DNA of 64,000 nt from Lingula anatina (lineage: Eukaryota > Animalia > Brachiopoda), in the NCBI GenBank assembly GCA_051362555.1, contig CM120641.1, positions 30,324,401 to 30,388,400 of the forward strand, given 5' to 3'. The position numbers and the translations under genes were made by a program. Of this stretch, positions 26,547-39,779 are shown one piece after another (the stretch's first letter is position 1; every line of letters starts with the position of its first letter). The notes beneath the pieces are model-generated. The model saw only the letters and a program-made list of their open reading frames with translations, was not told where the DNA came from and made no database searches.

Positions 26547-27229
26547 CTGCAAAGGTACGATCGATGTCAGATTTGTTGTTAAGTTGATTTTTCTCTTCAG
26601 AATTTTGGCACATTTCTTGTGGAAGTAGTGAGCAAGGACCAGAAATTATGGGTGGTTACTGTGACTCTGGACACCGTTGATCATCTGTACCTGTTGTCAT
26701 GGAGATCAGGGTAACAGACAAACTCCAGACCATATGGTACCACCGCTGACAGCTAAGGTAAAACTACTCCCTGTGGTTTTATTTATTTATTTATTTTTTT
26801 ATTAATCAAAACAACTTAAGAACTTTATCAGCAGCAAATCCATCATCTGCATAGTGAACAATATAAAAAAGCGTCATGTTTTGATTCCTGCAGTTGGGTA
26901 TTTAATATATTTTTTTTACAGTGTAATAATATCTTTATTTCAAGACATATTGATCAATTAAAGCAATGGATATCTTCCGAAAGAATATTGTGAAAATTTT
27001 CCAGATTCATCAACAGAAAAGCAGCCTGGGAGCCCACATTCCTATCAGCATGACAGCAAGGACAAATCTGGTTCAGTTCATCAAATACAAGTCTTGACCA
27101 GTAGATTAACTTAGACCTGTTTCCGTACCAAGATTGATCTGACAGGATTGACCCATCTCTGAGGGAATTCTCACTAAATTTGAGTTCAGATTAAGCAGCT
27201 TAGATGTCTGCCACACCTACTGAACTTTA

Positions 27230-27830
27230 CATCAATCGAAATCAAGTGAAGTCCAATGCGTTTAATTCTTAAAAATTAAAAGATGATATACATATCGTAC
27301 ACTTTGATGTTGTGAAAAACTCAAAAACTGGATTAAGGAAGGAAAGGAAGCCAATGTTCAGATTTACGCATTGGATATTATTTTCAGAAATGATGATAAA
27401 ATAAATCTACTAATTTCTCAGGTAAATAAATACATTTACAGAAAATCAAAAATTGGAGGGCATCTGTAATTCAGTGACATGGAATTTTTTCTGAACTAAA
27501 AAATAATGCTTTGCTTGTCTTTATATGTATTTATTTTACACAGTAGTTACATGTACCACGCAATAAAGAGACATGGTAGGGTATACGGATATGTATGTGT
27601 AGGTATGTTTTTGAAAAATGTGTATGTGAAAAGTGATTGTACTGAACATTTTAATGCTTATTTCTTAAGTCTAATTAAAGAAAATATACATTCTATTTTA
27701 TACATTCTATAATATACATCTTTAATAATCCTTACATAGAATACGTGTTTAAATGTTTGTACGATGTATAGTTTATTTATTTTAAGATTAATTATTGAAA
27801 GTAAAAGTTCAATAAAATAGATTTAGAAAA
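27230..27830 (+). mobile_element. Possible degenerate 3' end of an L1/Tx1-like LINE
   Basis: DKINLLISQVNKYIYRKSK resembles the Tx1 ORF2 C-terminal N.IIL.AK.YIY motif. It is followed by an AT-rich tail with aataaa and an A-rich end. Confidence 0.35.
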
Positions 27831-28322
27831 AGAATTTACTTTAAAAATTTTTAATGTAAATCAGAAGTCAAATATTGGTGTATTGGAATTAAGTAATTAT
27901 TAAAGTGCTTCATTTATTGTAAATAAAAGTCATGTGCTGGCTTCTTGCCTGACGTCCGAAATGACTTTAAATAAGAATCGCTATTATTATTATTGTTATT
28001 ATTATTATTATGCTTTTTCAAACTTTTTCACATAATGTGTCCCACGGGGTATACGTATTTTCGAATTTGTTACCTGTGTAAGCCACTTTTTATTTCCCCG
28101 TGATGCGTGAAATGCTCATGTCATTTAGAGTGGTCTGTGAAGCATCCCATTCCCGTGACTCATGAATGTGCCGCTTTATTCTTTGCCCTTTGTGAAACGA
28201 AGTATTGTACTCGGTGATTCGTGATTATCAAGAATTTCAATTTGCATAATCAGTGAGATATGATTCAAGTTTTATTTACTGTGATTTGTAAATTAATGAT
28301 TTTATTTCCCATGAACCGTGAT

Positions 28323-28353
<31 letters not shown>

Positions 28354-29422
28354 ACACACACACACACCAATGCTACCCTCAATTAAAATTAAAAAGAAAG
28401 AAAAATAAAACTCTTTTGGTTACAAAAATTAATGTTAATTGTATAATTAAAAGAATGACATTTTGAAGGTTTTCGACTGGCTGCTACAGAGACAATAATA
28501 GTTCTGGACTGACGATCGTAAAAAATAAAAGATGAAAATATTAGTAATTCAGTTAAAATGTATTAGCTGTAAAAAAAGATGTTGACGGTACCACCAGCTC
28601 CTGACTGCTATGATATATTTAATGCTTTTATGTACAAGTTTTACCAGCTAAATAACATACTTTTCCTCTAAATAACTGAAAGAAAATCCGTCCCCTTACT
28701 ATGAGAGGAAGATCCAAAATTAAGGGTGGTTGGCTGGGTGAAAAGACGAGCGTCCACGTACTGGAAACAGAAGGTGACAATTTCCAAAGAAGTTACATTT
28801 TTTAATTAAAAAAAGTGATTCAACTGATTTATTTGCTATGAAAGTTTGAAAAGCGAATTTGCTACAACTGCAGAATCAAAAGTAAAAGACAAAAAAACGA
28901 ACACGGGCGAAAGATTTCATTTTATTAAATATTCGCTAAGGCATACACTGGAGAATACTCGTACTTTACTCGTATTGAACTTTTTCATCTTCTTTTTTAG
29001 CTAATCTATCTGCCACTGTGAAGAATATTTTAAGTGAACGTTCAAAGGTAAAATGTGCCACAGGCTGCGGTGTATGGTTTATGACACTGTCTCAACCATG
29101 ATTGTGACGGCCTCCACAAAAAAAAATCACCCAACTGTGTTAGTGAAGACAACGTGAGACGGGGCTGGGGGAATAAAGATGTTATTCAAGTAATAAGTCA
29201 TGACTCGTCACTTGTACTGCACGTTAGATGAAAATGGAAAGTGTTATGACGGACTCAAGCAAACTGTAACTGTACCTGGGTCCGGATTGCTCAGTGCTTT
29301 GCCTGGGGGTGGTTGGTCGGGGGAGGAGGTAAAGAGTCAGCCCATGTAGGCCTATCAGGAGAGTTTATCACTCCGCTGAAACTGTGTTACAGCATGCACG
29401 CACGCACACAAACACACGCACG

Positions 29423-29461
<39 letters not shown>

Positions 29462-30211
29462 AAGGCTTGTTTTGTTTTATAAACAAGAGATAATCTTTGT
29501 GTGCAGTTCATTCGTCTGACCAGAAGCTCCAGCTTTGAAATGAAGTAATTGTTTCGATTTTTATTCATGTCTCGGCCAAATCTTCTCTTATTAGCCTTGA
29601 ACTCTTTTTCATCCCCTTCTCTTATTTATTTATTTGTTTATCTGTGAAAAATTTTTAAGTAAACAATCTCTATTCACAAGGGAAATGTACCGCAGGCTGT
29701 TATGTTTTAATTTTGATGCTGTCTCAACCATGATTGTGACGGACTCCACAAATATCACCCAACTGTGTTAGTGAAGACATAACGTGAGACAGGTGGGGGG
29801 GGGGGGGGGGGGGGAGATGTTCTTAAAGTAATGAAATAATAATTCATGGGTACTGTTGGAAAACTATTTTAATTTAAGAGTAAATTTCTTGAAACTTACA
29901 TATATACTGTACGGTAGATTAAAAAGCAATGTGATGAAACCAGCCTTCAACAAAATATCCAGTGTTATGAGGGACGTGAGCGGATGCCATATTAATATAT
30001 TTAATGAGATGTGTGTACGACACGACATGGTCAAAATATGGAAATCAAGTGGGCCATATGCAACGCCGGCGTCAAGCCAGAACACTTCGCCGCTCTCTAC
30101 CCGTCCAATGCCCCTTGCCGTAAAAATCTGCATACAAACACAGGCGATGCTCATTCCATTGCAATAAATGAAGAGCAAAATTAAGGACTGAAAATATTTC
30201 TCTGGGATATA

Positions 30212-30546
30212 CAACATTGGTCAAAAAGGTTGTCCCACCCTCAGTATCATGTGCTTTTATTTATAAATGATCACATCACAGGTGAAGATTGTTATAAATA
30301 GTGATTTTCATTCCAGATACCACAACTAACATGATTATTGATACAGCAAATACAAGCTATCGGTGAAGATATCAATATTTAATACCATTTATTCACATTT
30401 ATTACATGTACCCCCTCAAATCCGACGTTTCTCTGTGATTTTCACAGGGGCAAAGAAATGTCCATTAAATTAAAATGACATCACCAAATGTCACCAAATT
30501 TACACAATTTAGCATTAGGGTGTGCTCGTTAAAGGCCACGTGTCTA
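30212..30546. mobile_element. Solo terminal arm (~335 bp) of the same Tc1 family as 3286-4958
   Basis: TA-CAACATTGGTCAAAAAGGTTGTCCCACC...gctcgttaaaggccacgtgtcta. Closer to the reverse complement of the 4630-4958 arm than to the left arm. Confidence 0.9.
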
Positions 30547-30818
30547 ATATGTATGAGATATTTGTATAGGAAAATGAAATTTCACTGACGCAATAAGTCA
30601 TGGGCAGTGATGACATGCTATTTAAACTTAAAATTAAAGGCCATCACTTGTACTGATGGGTAGATGAAAAATTTAGTAATATGATGGACTCAAGCAAACT
30701 GTAACTGTACCTAGGACGCAGATTGGTCGGTGCTTGGCACGGGGGGGGGGGGGGGGGCAGAGTGTCAGTAGATGTGTCAGGAGAGTTTACGACTATGATA
30801 AAAAGTGTGTTACAGCAT

Positions 30819-30860
<42 letters not shown>

Positions 30861-32016
30861 AAGGCTGGTTTTGTTGTATTTGAAACCAAATGGAAGAGCG
30901 CAGTGGTAAATACATTTACGGTGTGCTGGTTAATTCGCGCGGATTATGTGGTATAGATGGGTGTTAGAGCTAAAAGATCTGCGGGTAGGGTTAGTTAACG
31001 CCTAGAATCCATTGATAAGGCCTGGCAGCTCCTGCTTTTAAACGAAGTGATTATTTTTTAACGTCTTTGCTAAATCTACTTTACTCGTATTGGCCTTTTT
31101 AAAGTTAAAACTCTTTTTCATTCCCCTTTTTTAGCTAATCTATCTGCCACTGTGAAGAATATTTTAAGTGAACAACCTTTGTTCATAAGAAAAATGTGCC
31201 ACAGGCTGCGGTGTCTGGTTTATGACGCTGTCTCAACCATGATTGTGACGAACTCCACAAAATCCACACAATTGTGTTAGTGAAGACAACGTGAGACACT
31301 TACGGGGCTGGGGGAGTAAAGATGTTCTCCAAGTAATAATTCATGGATAGTGTTGGAAAGCTATTTTTAAGAGTTAATGTCGTGAATCTAACATATACTA
31401 TACTATACTAGGCCTACCCAACTACCAGAATGGGCACCGAATGATCCTGAATTCACTGGTAGATCAGATGGGGAATTTTTTGTCTCTGCGTCTGCTTGTC
31501 CGTATCACAATTTGATTGACGTTTGTTTATATAATCTGTCAATCAAGCTGTTATTACCTGACGGGATCGTCAAAACTGAATGACTTGATTTGCACGTTGT
31601 CGATCAAATAGTGCAGGAAGCTGAAACTTTACATGCTCGACAACTGTAGTTATCAACTGCGTAATTATTGTGATTGACGTTTATCAAAGTCGTGTGCTTT
31701 TGACAGCTTCCGTCAAAGTTGAATTAAACCGTATCTATGAGTTTGATTGGCACCTGTCTATCACAACACTTTTGTTACTTTTATTTAAATAGTACATTTT
31801 GCCATCCAGCTCTATCCAGTCTCAATTCCTACCCGTCCTGATACACTGTAGGTACGTCTCGACAGATACCTCTTGACAAATAACGACACCCGGCACTGTA
31901 AACCCATAAATGTACCGATAAATGCACGTGCCGACAGAATAATAGCCTAGAGTCTGCTTTTGAAAATGGAGCTTCTTAAAAATCACAACCCAGAGAGTAC
32001 ATGGTATCTGATAACA

Positions 32017-32183
32017 CAGGCCCGTAGCCAGCAATTTTAAAGGGGGGGTTCTTTTTCTGAAAAAGTGGACCTTTTACCATATAATCCCCATGTACCTAGG
32101 TCAAATTTTACACAGAGTGGACCTTTTTCCAGCAAAAAGGGGGGTTCTTTCGAACCCCCGAACCCCCCCTGGCTACGGGCCTG
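32017..32183. mobile_element. MITE with CAGG termini and 5-bp TSD (TAACA)
   Basis: Perfect 15-bp TIR CAGGCCCGTAGCCAG / CTGGCTACGGGCCTG, with taaca on both sides. Confidence 0.85.
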
Positions 32184-34060
32184 TAACATAACAGTAAAGA
32201 TTACAGGCACACGTACTGAAACATCAGTGGTCGTCATAGGTAAATGTTCTGACAAGCTCACCTTATTTACTTGTTATTTAATAAAGATTATTTCTTGTGA
32301 TTAAACATCAATTACCATTATTTGAGGGTCATGGGGAAGACACATTTACCATGTTTTACCCTCAGTAACTAAATTTCAATGACTAAATTAAAACTTCGCC
32401 TTGATATTTATTATAGAAAGCATTATATTTACCCTCGACCTTGAAGTTTGATACAGTTTACCATACAAACATTGACAGCGTTGCTAGCTCTTTAATGTTA
32501 CTTTATTCTTTATTCAGACTTGTGCTGTGTAAAAAAAGACATACGGAGATATTTGCGCCTCAATATATACTAAGCTCCATAAAAACATGTAATTTGATCA
32601 TATAAATTTTGAAAGTTCCCTGTCACAAAATGCGTCCTTACTCTGAAATACTGGTACAGCCTGAGAACATGCGTTTTTCAGGCGTCTTGATTGGTAATTT
32701 GGTGCATGGGGGGGGGGGGGGGGGGGGAGGGGTAACATCTTCAACTTTGCAAAAGTGATATTCTAAGAGTAGGTATTGTAGCTGAATTTTCGTTCGCAAA
32801 GGTAATAAAAACATTTGGAAATATTGTTCGTACTCTGGTTAGCACATCCCCATACTAGGTATTTTGCTTGCCCTTGAAAGCCACTTTTTACCTCCCAAGA
32901 TTCGTGAAACGTTCATTTTATTTAGCGTGAAGCACCCCATTCCTGTGACTAGTGAATGTGGCTTTTTTATTTTCCGTTATTCGTGAAACAAAGTCATTAT
33001 ATTTATGCACGGTGATTCGTGATTCGTGATTTTTGACGCGCATTTTCAGTGAAATATGAGTATAGTTTTATTTACTGTGATTTGTGAATTAATGATTTTA
33101 TTTCCCGTGAATTGTGATCACCCCCCCTCCCCCCGGTGGTGCCCTCTCATACGGCAGCTGGGCTGTATCCTCCCGAGAGAGGTGAGAATATTTACACCTA
33201 GTCTGAATCAGTAAACAAAAAACGCATCTTGTCTTCTCTAACACAACCCAGCACAGGGGAATTTTTTTTCGGGGGGGGGGGGGTGTGAAACAGCCAGCCA
33301 AATAATTTGACATCAAACTTAATGGTTGATAACATTATTTTTGCCATTATTTTTGCAATTATGATGGTAGAAAGCCTTAATCCCGGGATTAGGACGCCTT
33401 GCGCCATATCAAATAACAAAAACAAGTTTAGATCGAAACTTGTGTTCAAAAAGCGGGTGCCCTGTACATTATTATGTAATACAAGTGAGCATTTCGGTGA
33501 GAGGTGTTCAGGTAGCACCAAGGTCAGTAGAAGATGGAGAAGACAGAGGTTCTTGGTACGTTGCTGCACTTTCCACATGTAGGCCAAAAATTTTGCACAG
33601 AAAATGACAGGAAGCTGTCGTAGTATTGTATAGATGATATAAGATAACGCTGTGTATTTTGTGTAGACGACGTTTGCCCAAATAATGCGTTTCGCACAGG
33701 GACATTTTAATCCTTATGACTGTGGGGACATTACACTTATGTCCAATACACTCTCCATTAGAATTTCAAAATCAGCTCAGAGTTTGAATGATTTATTTTC
33801 TGTAATTTCAGAGAAGGAACGCACTTGACAATGAGGAAGTGAGAGGCTTATTGCCGCTGTCCAAAGATCTGAACAAGTCCTCAACAAGTAATACGACTGG
33901 ACAGGTATCTACATTCTCCTAATTGTTTTATTGGTGAGGTCATTGACCTGTTTTCAAAGTATCAAAAATATCATGTTTATAAAAGTAAACTTCAAACAGA
34001 CAAATGCACGTTTAGTAACAACATGTTGAACTATTGTGTCATTGCATTCCTGGAAACGAC

Positions 34061-34328
34061 GGGACCAGGTTGGGGAGGTGAGGGGTGGGGACGGGACCAG
34101 GTTGGGGAGGTGAGGGGTGGGGACGGGACCAGGGTGGGGAGGTGAGGGGTGGGGACGGGACCAGGTTGGGGAGGTGAGGGGTGGGGACGGGACCAGGGTG
34201 GGGAGGTGAGGGGTGGGGACGGGACCAGGTTGGGGAGGTGAGGGGTGGGGACGGGACCAGGGTGGGGAGGTGAGGGGTGGGGACGGGACCAGGGTGGGGA
34301 GGTGAGGGGTGGGTGGGGGTGGGCGGGG
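34061..34328. repeat. 32-bp G-rich minisatellite (~8 copies)
   Basis: Unit gggaccagg(t/g)tggggaggtgaggggtggggac, period 32. Confidence 0.95.
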
Positions 34329-35349
34329 GTACAGTGTCCTTCCCTTAATTTAAGAGGTATCCCTTCTCTCTTCCATATTAACAAATCAAAACAAGAACAA
34401 GAACAAATGAAAAGCGGGAAAAAATTGTACATGAAACGAAACTAGACGAAATCCAGATAATGTATTTCTTCGTTTCCTCCCACTAAAAAAACCTGGCTTG
34501 GTCAGTGAAAATGTGCATAGATAATGTCCTTTTTTAGATCCTGTCAATTTTAAACTAATTGGGCGCATCTGCCAAATGTTTTCATTCTCTGACTTTCATT
34601 TCCGTGAATATTTCTGTTATCCGGGCACCTGGTCCTTTCATACCGCATCTTACTTATAAATGCAAAGAAGTATGTTGTCATTAAACAGTGCATAGGGTAG
34701 AAAAGAATAGGAATGGCAAAATAGTGTTTGGTTAACATAATCCCTTGTGTTCCAAATAGCATGTTGTAAAGATATACACATACTGCTTCATCAAACTGTG
34801 TCATGAATGTGATTTTCTTTGTTTATTTCAGTGGCTCCCAACTGCTGTTTACCGGGTGATTGGATGCGTCGCCGATCAAAGACATCAGATTCATGTTGGA
34901 CATCGCCTGAGCCCATGCCAAGATTGTCTCGCTTGTTGAAGTTTGTCTTGTAGTTTATTTACAGGGTTGACATTTGATATGAAATGTAATCTTTACCTTG
35001 GATAGTAATATTCTGCATAAAATGTGTATAAAAAATTGTTGTACGCAGCAAAAATTTTGAACGAAACTTATGATCAGAGAAAAAGAAAGAAATGGATGGC
35101 GTCGACCCTGCATGTCGCTGGTTATATAATATAGATTTGTTTCTAAATCGTAGTACAGTATTTTATCCGCTCATATCGTTTCAAGGTATTTTATTTATTA
35201 TGTATATTTATTATTGTGTCGGAAGGAAGTACCCATCAATTCTCAAACAAAAATACGGCACTTTTTGGAGTTCACCTTTAACAAAATAATTTTAATCCAA
35301 AAAGTATTTTGCTGAAATGATGGATGAAAACAAAAATGATAGTTATCAA

Positions 35350-35350
35350 A

Positions 35351-35395
<45 letters not shown>
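35350..35395. repeat. (ATT)n microsatellite
   Basis: Direct reading of the sequence. Confidence 0.95.
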
Positions 35396-37252
35396 GCGAT
35401 TTTTAGGTAGAGTACTGCGCCAGTACTATTGATTTTCTAGTTGAAGGTAAAAATTGTCTGTGGGCAAATCTTCAATTAGTCACTTAGCTGTGCATTTGAG
35501 GATATTTGAAATATTTATTTTGAATTAAATTGAACTGAATTCTGAGATTCCGATAAGAAAAATATCTCAACTTCATTACATGAAACTTTTGAGACACAAA
35601 CGGTTTCATACAGTGACCGTTAAGTTTGAGAAATGAACAAGTTGTTAATTAAAAATAACTTACAAACACAGTTGTTCAAGTTATAATGCTTTGGAGATTA
35701 CAGCGTTAGGAAAATGATTAAATTTGTCCACGTGATTGCAGAATTGCCCATGTATAAGAAACGATCCTGTTTTTAAATTGTGGACTTAAGTTTGTGACGC
35801 ATGTTAAGAATGAACTTACTTTGGTTTCGGTGTTTTGATATTTTTGTCTGATCAGTGACAGAGACCCATGTACTGTGCTTGGAGGGGTCTAAAACAGTGT
35901 TAAGAAAATGAAACCAGGAGAGAAATAGGGATTTTCACGAAATTACTGCGCATTCGTTATTGCAGTAGGGGGAATATATGTTACCAGCGTGATAAAAATT
36001 GTCCCTTCTTAGGACCACCAAAATTTATCAGCATTGCATGAGCTCATTTGTGTGTTGTTCGACTTTTTGCCAATATCGCAAAGCAGAAATGTAAGTGCTC
36101 TCCTGGAAAAACTTTTGTTCATATGCATGAAAATATCTATTATTAATTAATATTTCTTTGGTTGTGATTGAGGGGTGATTGAGAGAAAAAGGTCTGATTG
36201 GATGCCAGTCCCGCGCGTCCTGTTGGGGTATTTTTGCTAAGTGTTTCTTGATCACTGAGCACCAGAGACCAGAGTAAGGGCGTTAGCATTTATAGATTAA
36301 TGAATTTTAAGTCACCGTTTTTGTTTCTGCGTAATCTTTTCAGATTTGTTTGTATATTTTTCTTAAATGTCATGACTAGAATAAGCTTTGAAATTGACCA
36401 TGTTTTTATGCTGTTCCTGATTCGCATGTGTGCAAATTTAAGTTTTCGCTCAAAGTCGTGTCATTAACCTACCAATATTAAGGATGTAATGAAATGAAAA
36501 CAAAATAATGTAAAACACTCGATTCTTAAAAATGACTTTTTTGTCTACCCTTTTCTGTGCGAGAATCAGCACGACGGCATAGAACAAGGTGTGCGTGAGT
36601 GCGAGTGCACGTGAGGGGAAGACGCCTATGTGAGATTATATGCATTTTGGAATTTCGATATCATTCACACCACTGAAATTGGATACTTTGCTCCTCAATG
36701 AAATTAGTAATCAATTATTAACGTCAACTTTGAACAAAATTTGACAAGTACGATATGATTTCAATTTATCTTCCAGTCCTGGTCATTTTTTTATATGAAT
36801 TTTGATTTAGTAAGAATTATGTCGAAATTATCTTTTATAAAAATAAATAGAATTTGTTGTTTGAGCAGCAATTTCCAAAGTGCATAAAATCCTTCATATG
36901 TGTTAGTTAGTTTACTATCTGGTAGACTTCTTGTATATTTTTGTAAAAGCATAATTTATAGAATTTTTTAGAAATTTGACACTACTGTAATGATTGCTAT
37001 GAACGTAGAAAAAACGTAACTTCACGTATTTTGTTTTGTATAAAACTTCGTTGAAATTACTTGGAATTTATTGAAACAATAAATAATGAAAATAATGTAC
37101 AGATATTTGTATGTTGAATTCCCTTTAATTTTTCACCTTCTGTTCCCTTTAGCTCTCGTTCTCTAGTTCACAGGTCTTACCTATAGAGCCTCTTGTATTA
37201 GTTTACCTTGATTATTTGAATATTTTTTTGCAAAAGGTAATTTGCTGGGACC

Positions 37253-37327
37253 CAGGAGCGCCAGGTTTCGAACTTGGGACTTTTTGACTCAGAGGCAAGC
37301 GCGTTACCTACTCCTCTAACTGTTCCC
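37253..37327 (-). pseudogene. tRNA-derived sequence (SINE head or tRNA pseudogene; CTG in the anticodon position)
   Basis: Minus strand gggaacagttagaggagtaggtaacgcgcttgcctCTGagtcaaaaagtcccaaGTTCGAAACctggcgctcc shows an A-box-like motif and a B-box at tRNA spacing, with imperfect stems. Confidence 0.65.
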
Positions 37328-39779
37328 ACCCACCCTCCTTGGGAAGACTTTCCTCTTATAGTAACCAAAGGGAAATTTCTGTAAAGCCCCTTGAAAAGTA
37401 TTCAATGATTTACAAGTACCCGAACCAAGAAACGAACCCAAACCCGAGGGGTACCATTGAGTCAATGGAATTATTGTAGTAACCTAAGTAAAATTCTAAA
37501 CAAATCGTAATACCTTAAAGAAATTTTAGAAACGTAAGACAAGTTTGAAGCCCAACCCCAGGTTGCCGCTGAGAAACGCAACCGTCAAAGAAATAACTAA
37601 GACATTTTGTATATTTGGAAAGTCTTTATTTAGTGCCAAACAACTATGTATTAATTATATCTAAGTATTTTATTGAAAAACTACCAAGTTTAAGTACACT
37701 TAAATCGCTACTTAATCACTTTGAATATCTGTAAGACATGCATGTAAAACAAAGTTATATCTCAAAGGTGTAACATATACAACAAATGTATTACATTTCA
37801 CCAATAAATGGTCAACTTAACTACTCGTTTACGGTTTGGTGTTATCAATATCTACAAGCATTCCTAAAAAAAATCAGAACAAATTTGAGAAATTGACAGT
37901 AATTAAAGAGATATAAAGCAGTTCATCAATTATTACACAAAATGTGTGCGTCACTGACTAATAAGATCAATAACTTGTGACTATTTCTATATTTACATGA
38001 TTTATTTGATTTAGTCACCACTCGTTACCTTGCTGGTACTTTCGCCCTAAAAAGTTCGGAAACATCGTTATTTTGAATAATCATAAAACAACCATATTTA
38101 GTTACGGTAAATATTTTAACCAAATATTGTTGATTAATGAACCCACAATTTGTTAATGTTTATTTACACAGAAAATTTTCCCAACACATTACATATTTTT
38201 TTTTTTTTTTGGTTATTGAAAAACAATTTCACGTTTCCGAACTTTCTTGGTCGCGTGTATCATAACCAACAATCTCCCAGGGCCGCTAATTCCATGTACA
38301 CTTTTCTCTGGCGCATGCAGGTCAGAAAATTCCCATCGTTTAACTAGAAACATATCTGTGAAAACGTGTATCTAGTGAAAAATCAATCTGTGGCCCTGGT
38401 AGAGGGTAATCATTATTGTATTTAACATTTAACAAAGGCCACGTCGGCAAACTTGAAGGTCTTACGAGAATAGAGCACGTTGAAAGGCATAAGGGACAGA
38501 TATCTTTACTGAAATAAACCAAACCTGTATCTGACGACCACGCAGTCTTAGACACGCCATGTTTCTAGTACTCAATGCCTTATTTTAAAGGTATCAACAT
38601 GAGGTATCAACAGAACGATTAACATTTGTTAGAAAGAGTATTTTGCGCTATCAGTTTGCCCCTATGCCTTGAAGGGTTGACATTGTTGGCCAGTGAAGCC
38701 ACAGTTTTTAAAACTCCGTCACACAAAGATCTGTACGTGTAGCTATAATTAAACTTATATATTCAACGGACTGAAATAGTACAACTGGACTAGTGAAATC
38801 GTTTTTAGAAATGGAAGTCTTATACAGTGTACCTACTGTCTGTTATGCTTTTTTTATTTCGACCTCAAACCGCTTACTACAAATATTTACATGTCAGTAA
38901 ATAGGAATTTAAATGGGAGATTCCACAGCATTTCCCCTTTTTTGTCTGCTTCTTGTAAATATACTCCTTGTACGTCTTCAACTGACGATACTTTTTCTAC
39001 TAACGAAGTCCGAAATAGTTTTCATTTCCATAGGACGTGATAAGGTGAAGTTATGGAGGAAGCAAAATGTTGTGGAGGAAACACTGGGGAATGGCCAAAC
39101 CATTTTTATGCATGCACGCGTCACAATACTTCTTATAAAATTAATTACAAATATGTGAACATTAAATCCCTAACACTGATACATTGAAACGTTATACCGA
39201 ATTGGTTGAAACATAAATATCGTATACTTAGTTTCCACACCGCCTCGCATCCACTCCCTGATCACGTAAGGTGTAACAACTCTTCCCAGAGAGTAGGTTC
39301 AATTTGCTTTATGGGGGAGGGGCTAAAGCTTTTCTGTTCAACTCTCACTCTTATCTGACAAGCAAAACTTGATTAAAAATTTACTAAAATCAAATGCATA
39401 TATATGTATATATAGTGGATTTGTGTTAAATATATTCCAAAAAAGAAACCAGAAGAAAACAGCCAAAATGAAATAATGTAATGAGGTCAATGGCGATTCT
39501 AAAATGGCCCACTGCTTTTATCTGAACAGTTTTCGCCATGTTTGACAAACTGGGCAGTACTATAACGCCACCTGGAGGAAAATATGATCGTCTCTGTTGC
39601 AATAAGTACCTACCACATTATGATATCAACATACTACATGTAGCTGTATATGACATCTACGTCTTTGTATGTCCACACATGAATCTACATGTATGAACGG
39701 ATGTATGTGAGCAAAAATCTATAAGGTTGGTTTTTAAACGTTAGACCTACATCTGTGTTTCAGTCTAGAAAGAGCAACT

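Larger units (their letters stand above)
28040..33125. repeat. Region of shuffled local direct duplications
   Basis: Matching pairs: 28050-28330 with 32855-33125; 28960-29200 with 31078-31345; 29190-29480 with 30593-30880; 29590-29910 with 31105-31400. Confidence 0.8.

Noticed and set aside
34031-34432. 133-aa proline-rich ORF
   Set aside because: It is a translation of the 32-bp minisatellite; the period is not a multiple of 3.
37253-37327. Functional tRNA-Gln gene
   Set aside because: Acceptor and anticodon stems have mismatches; more likely a SINE head or pseudogene.
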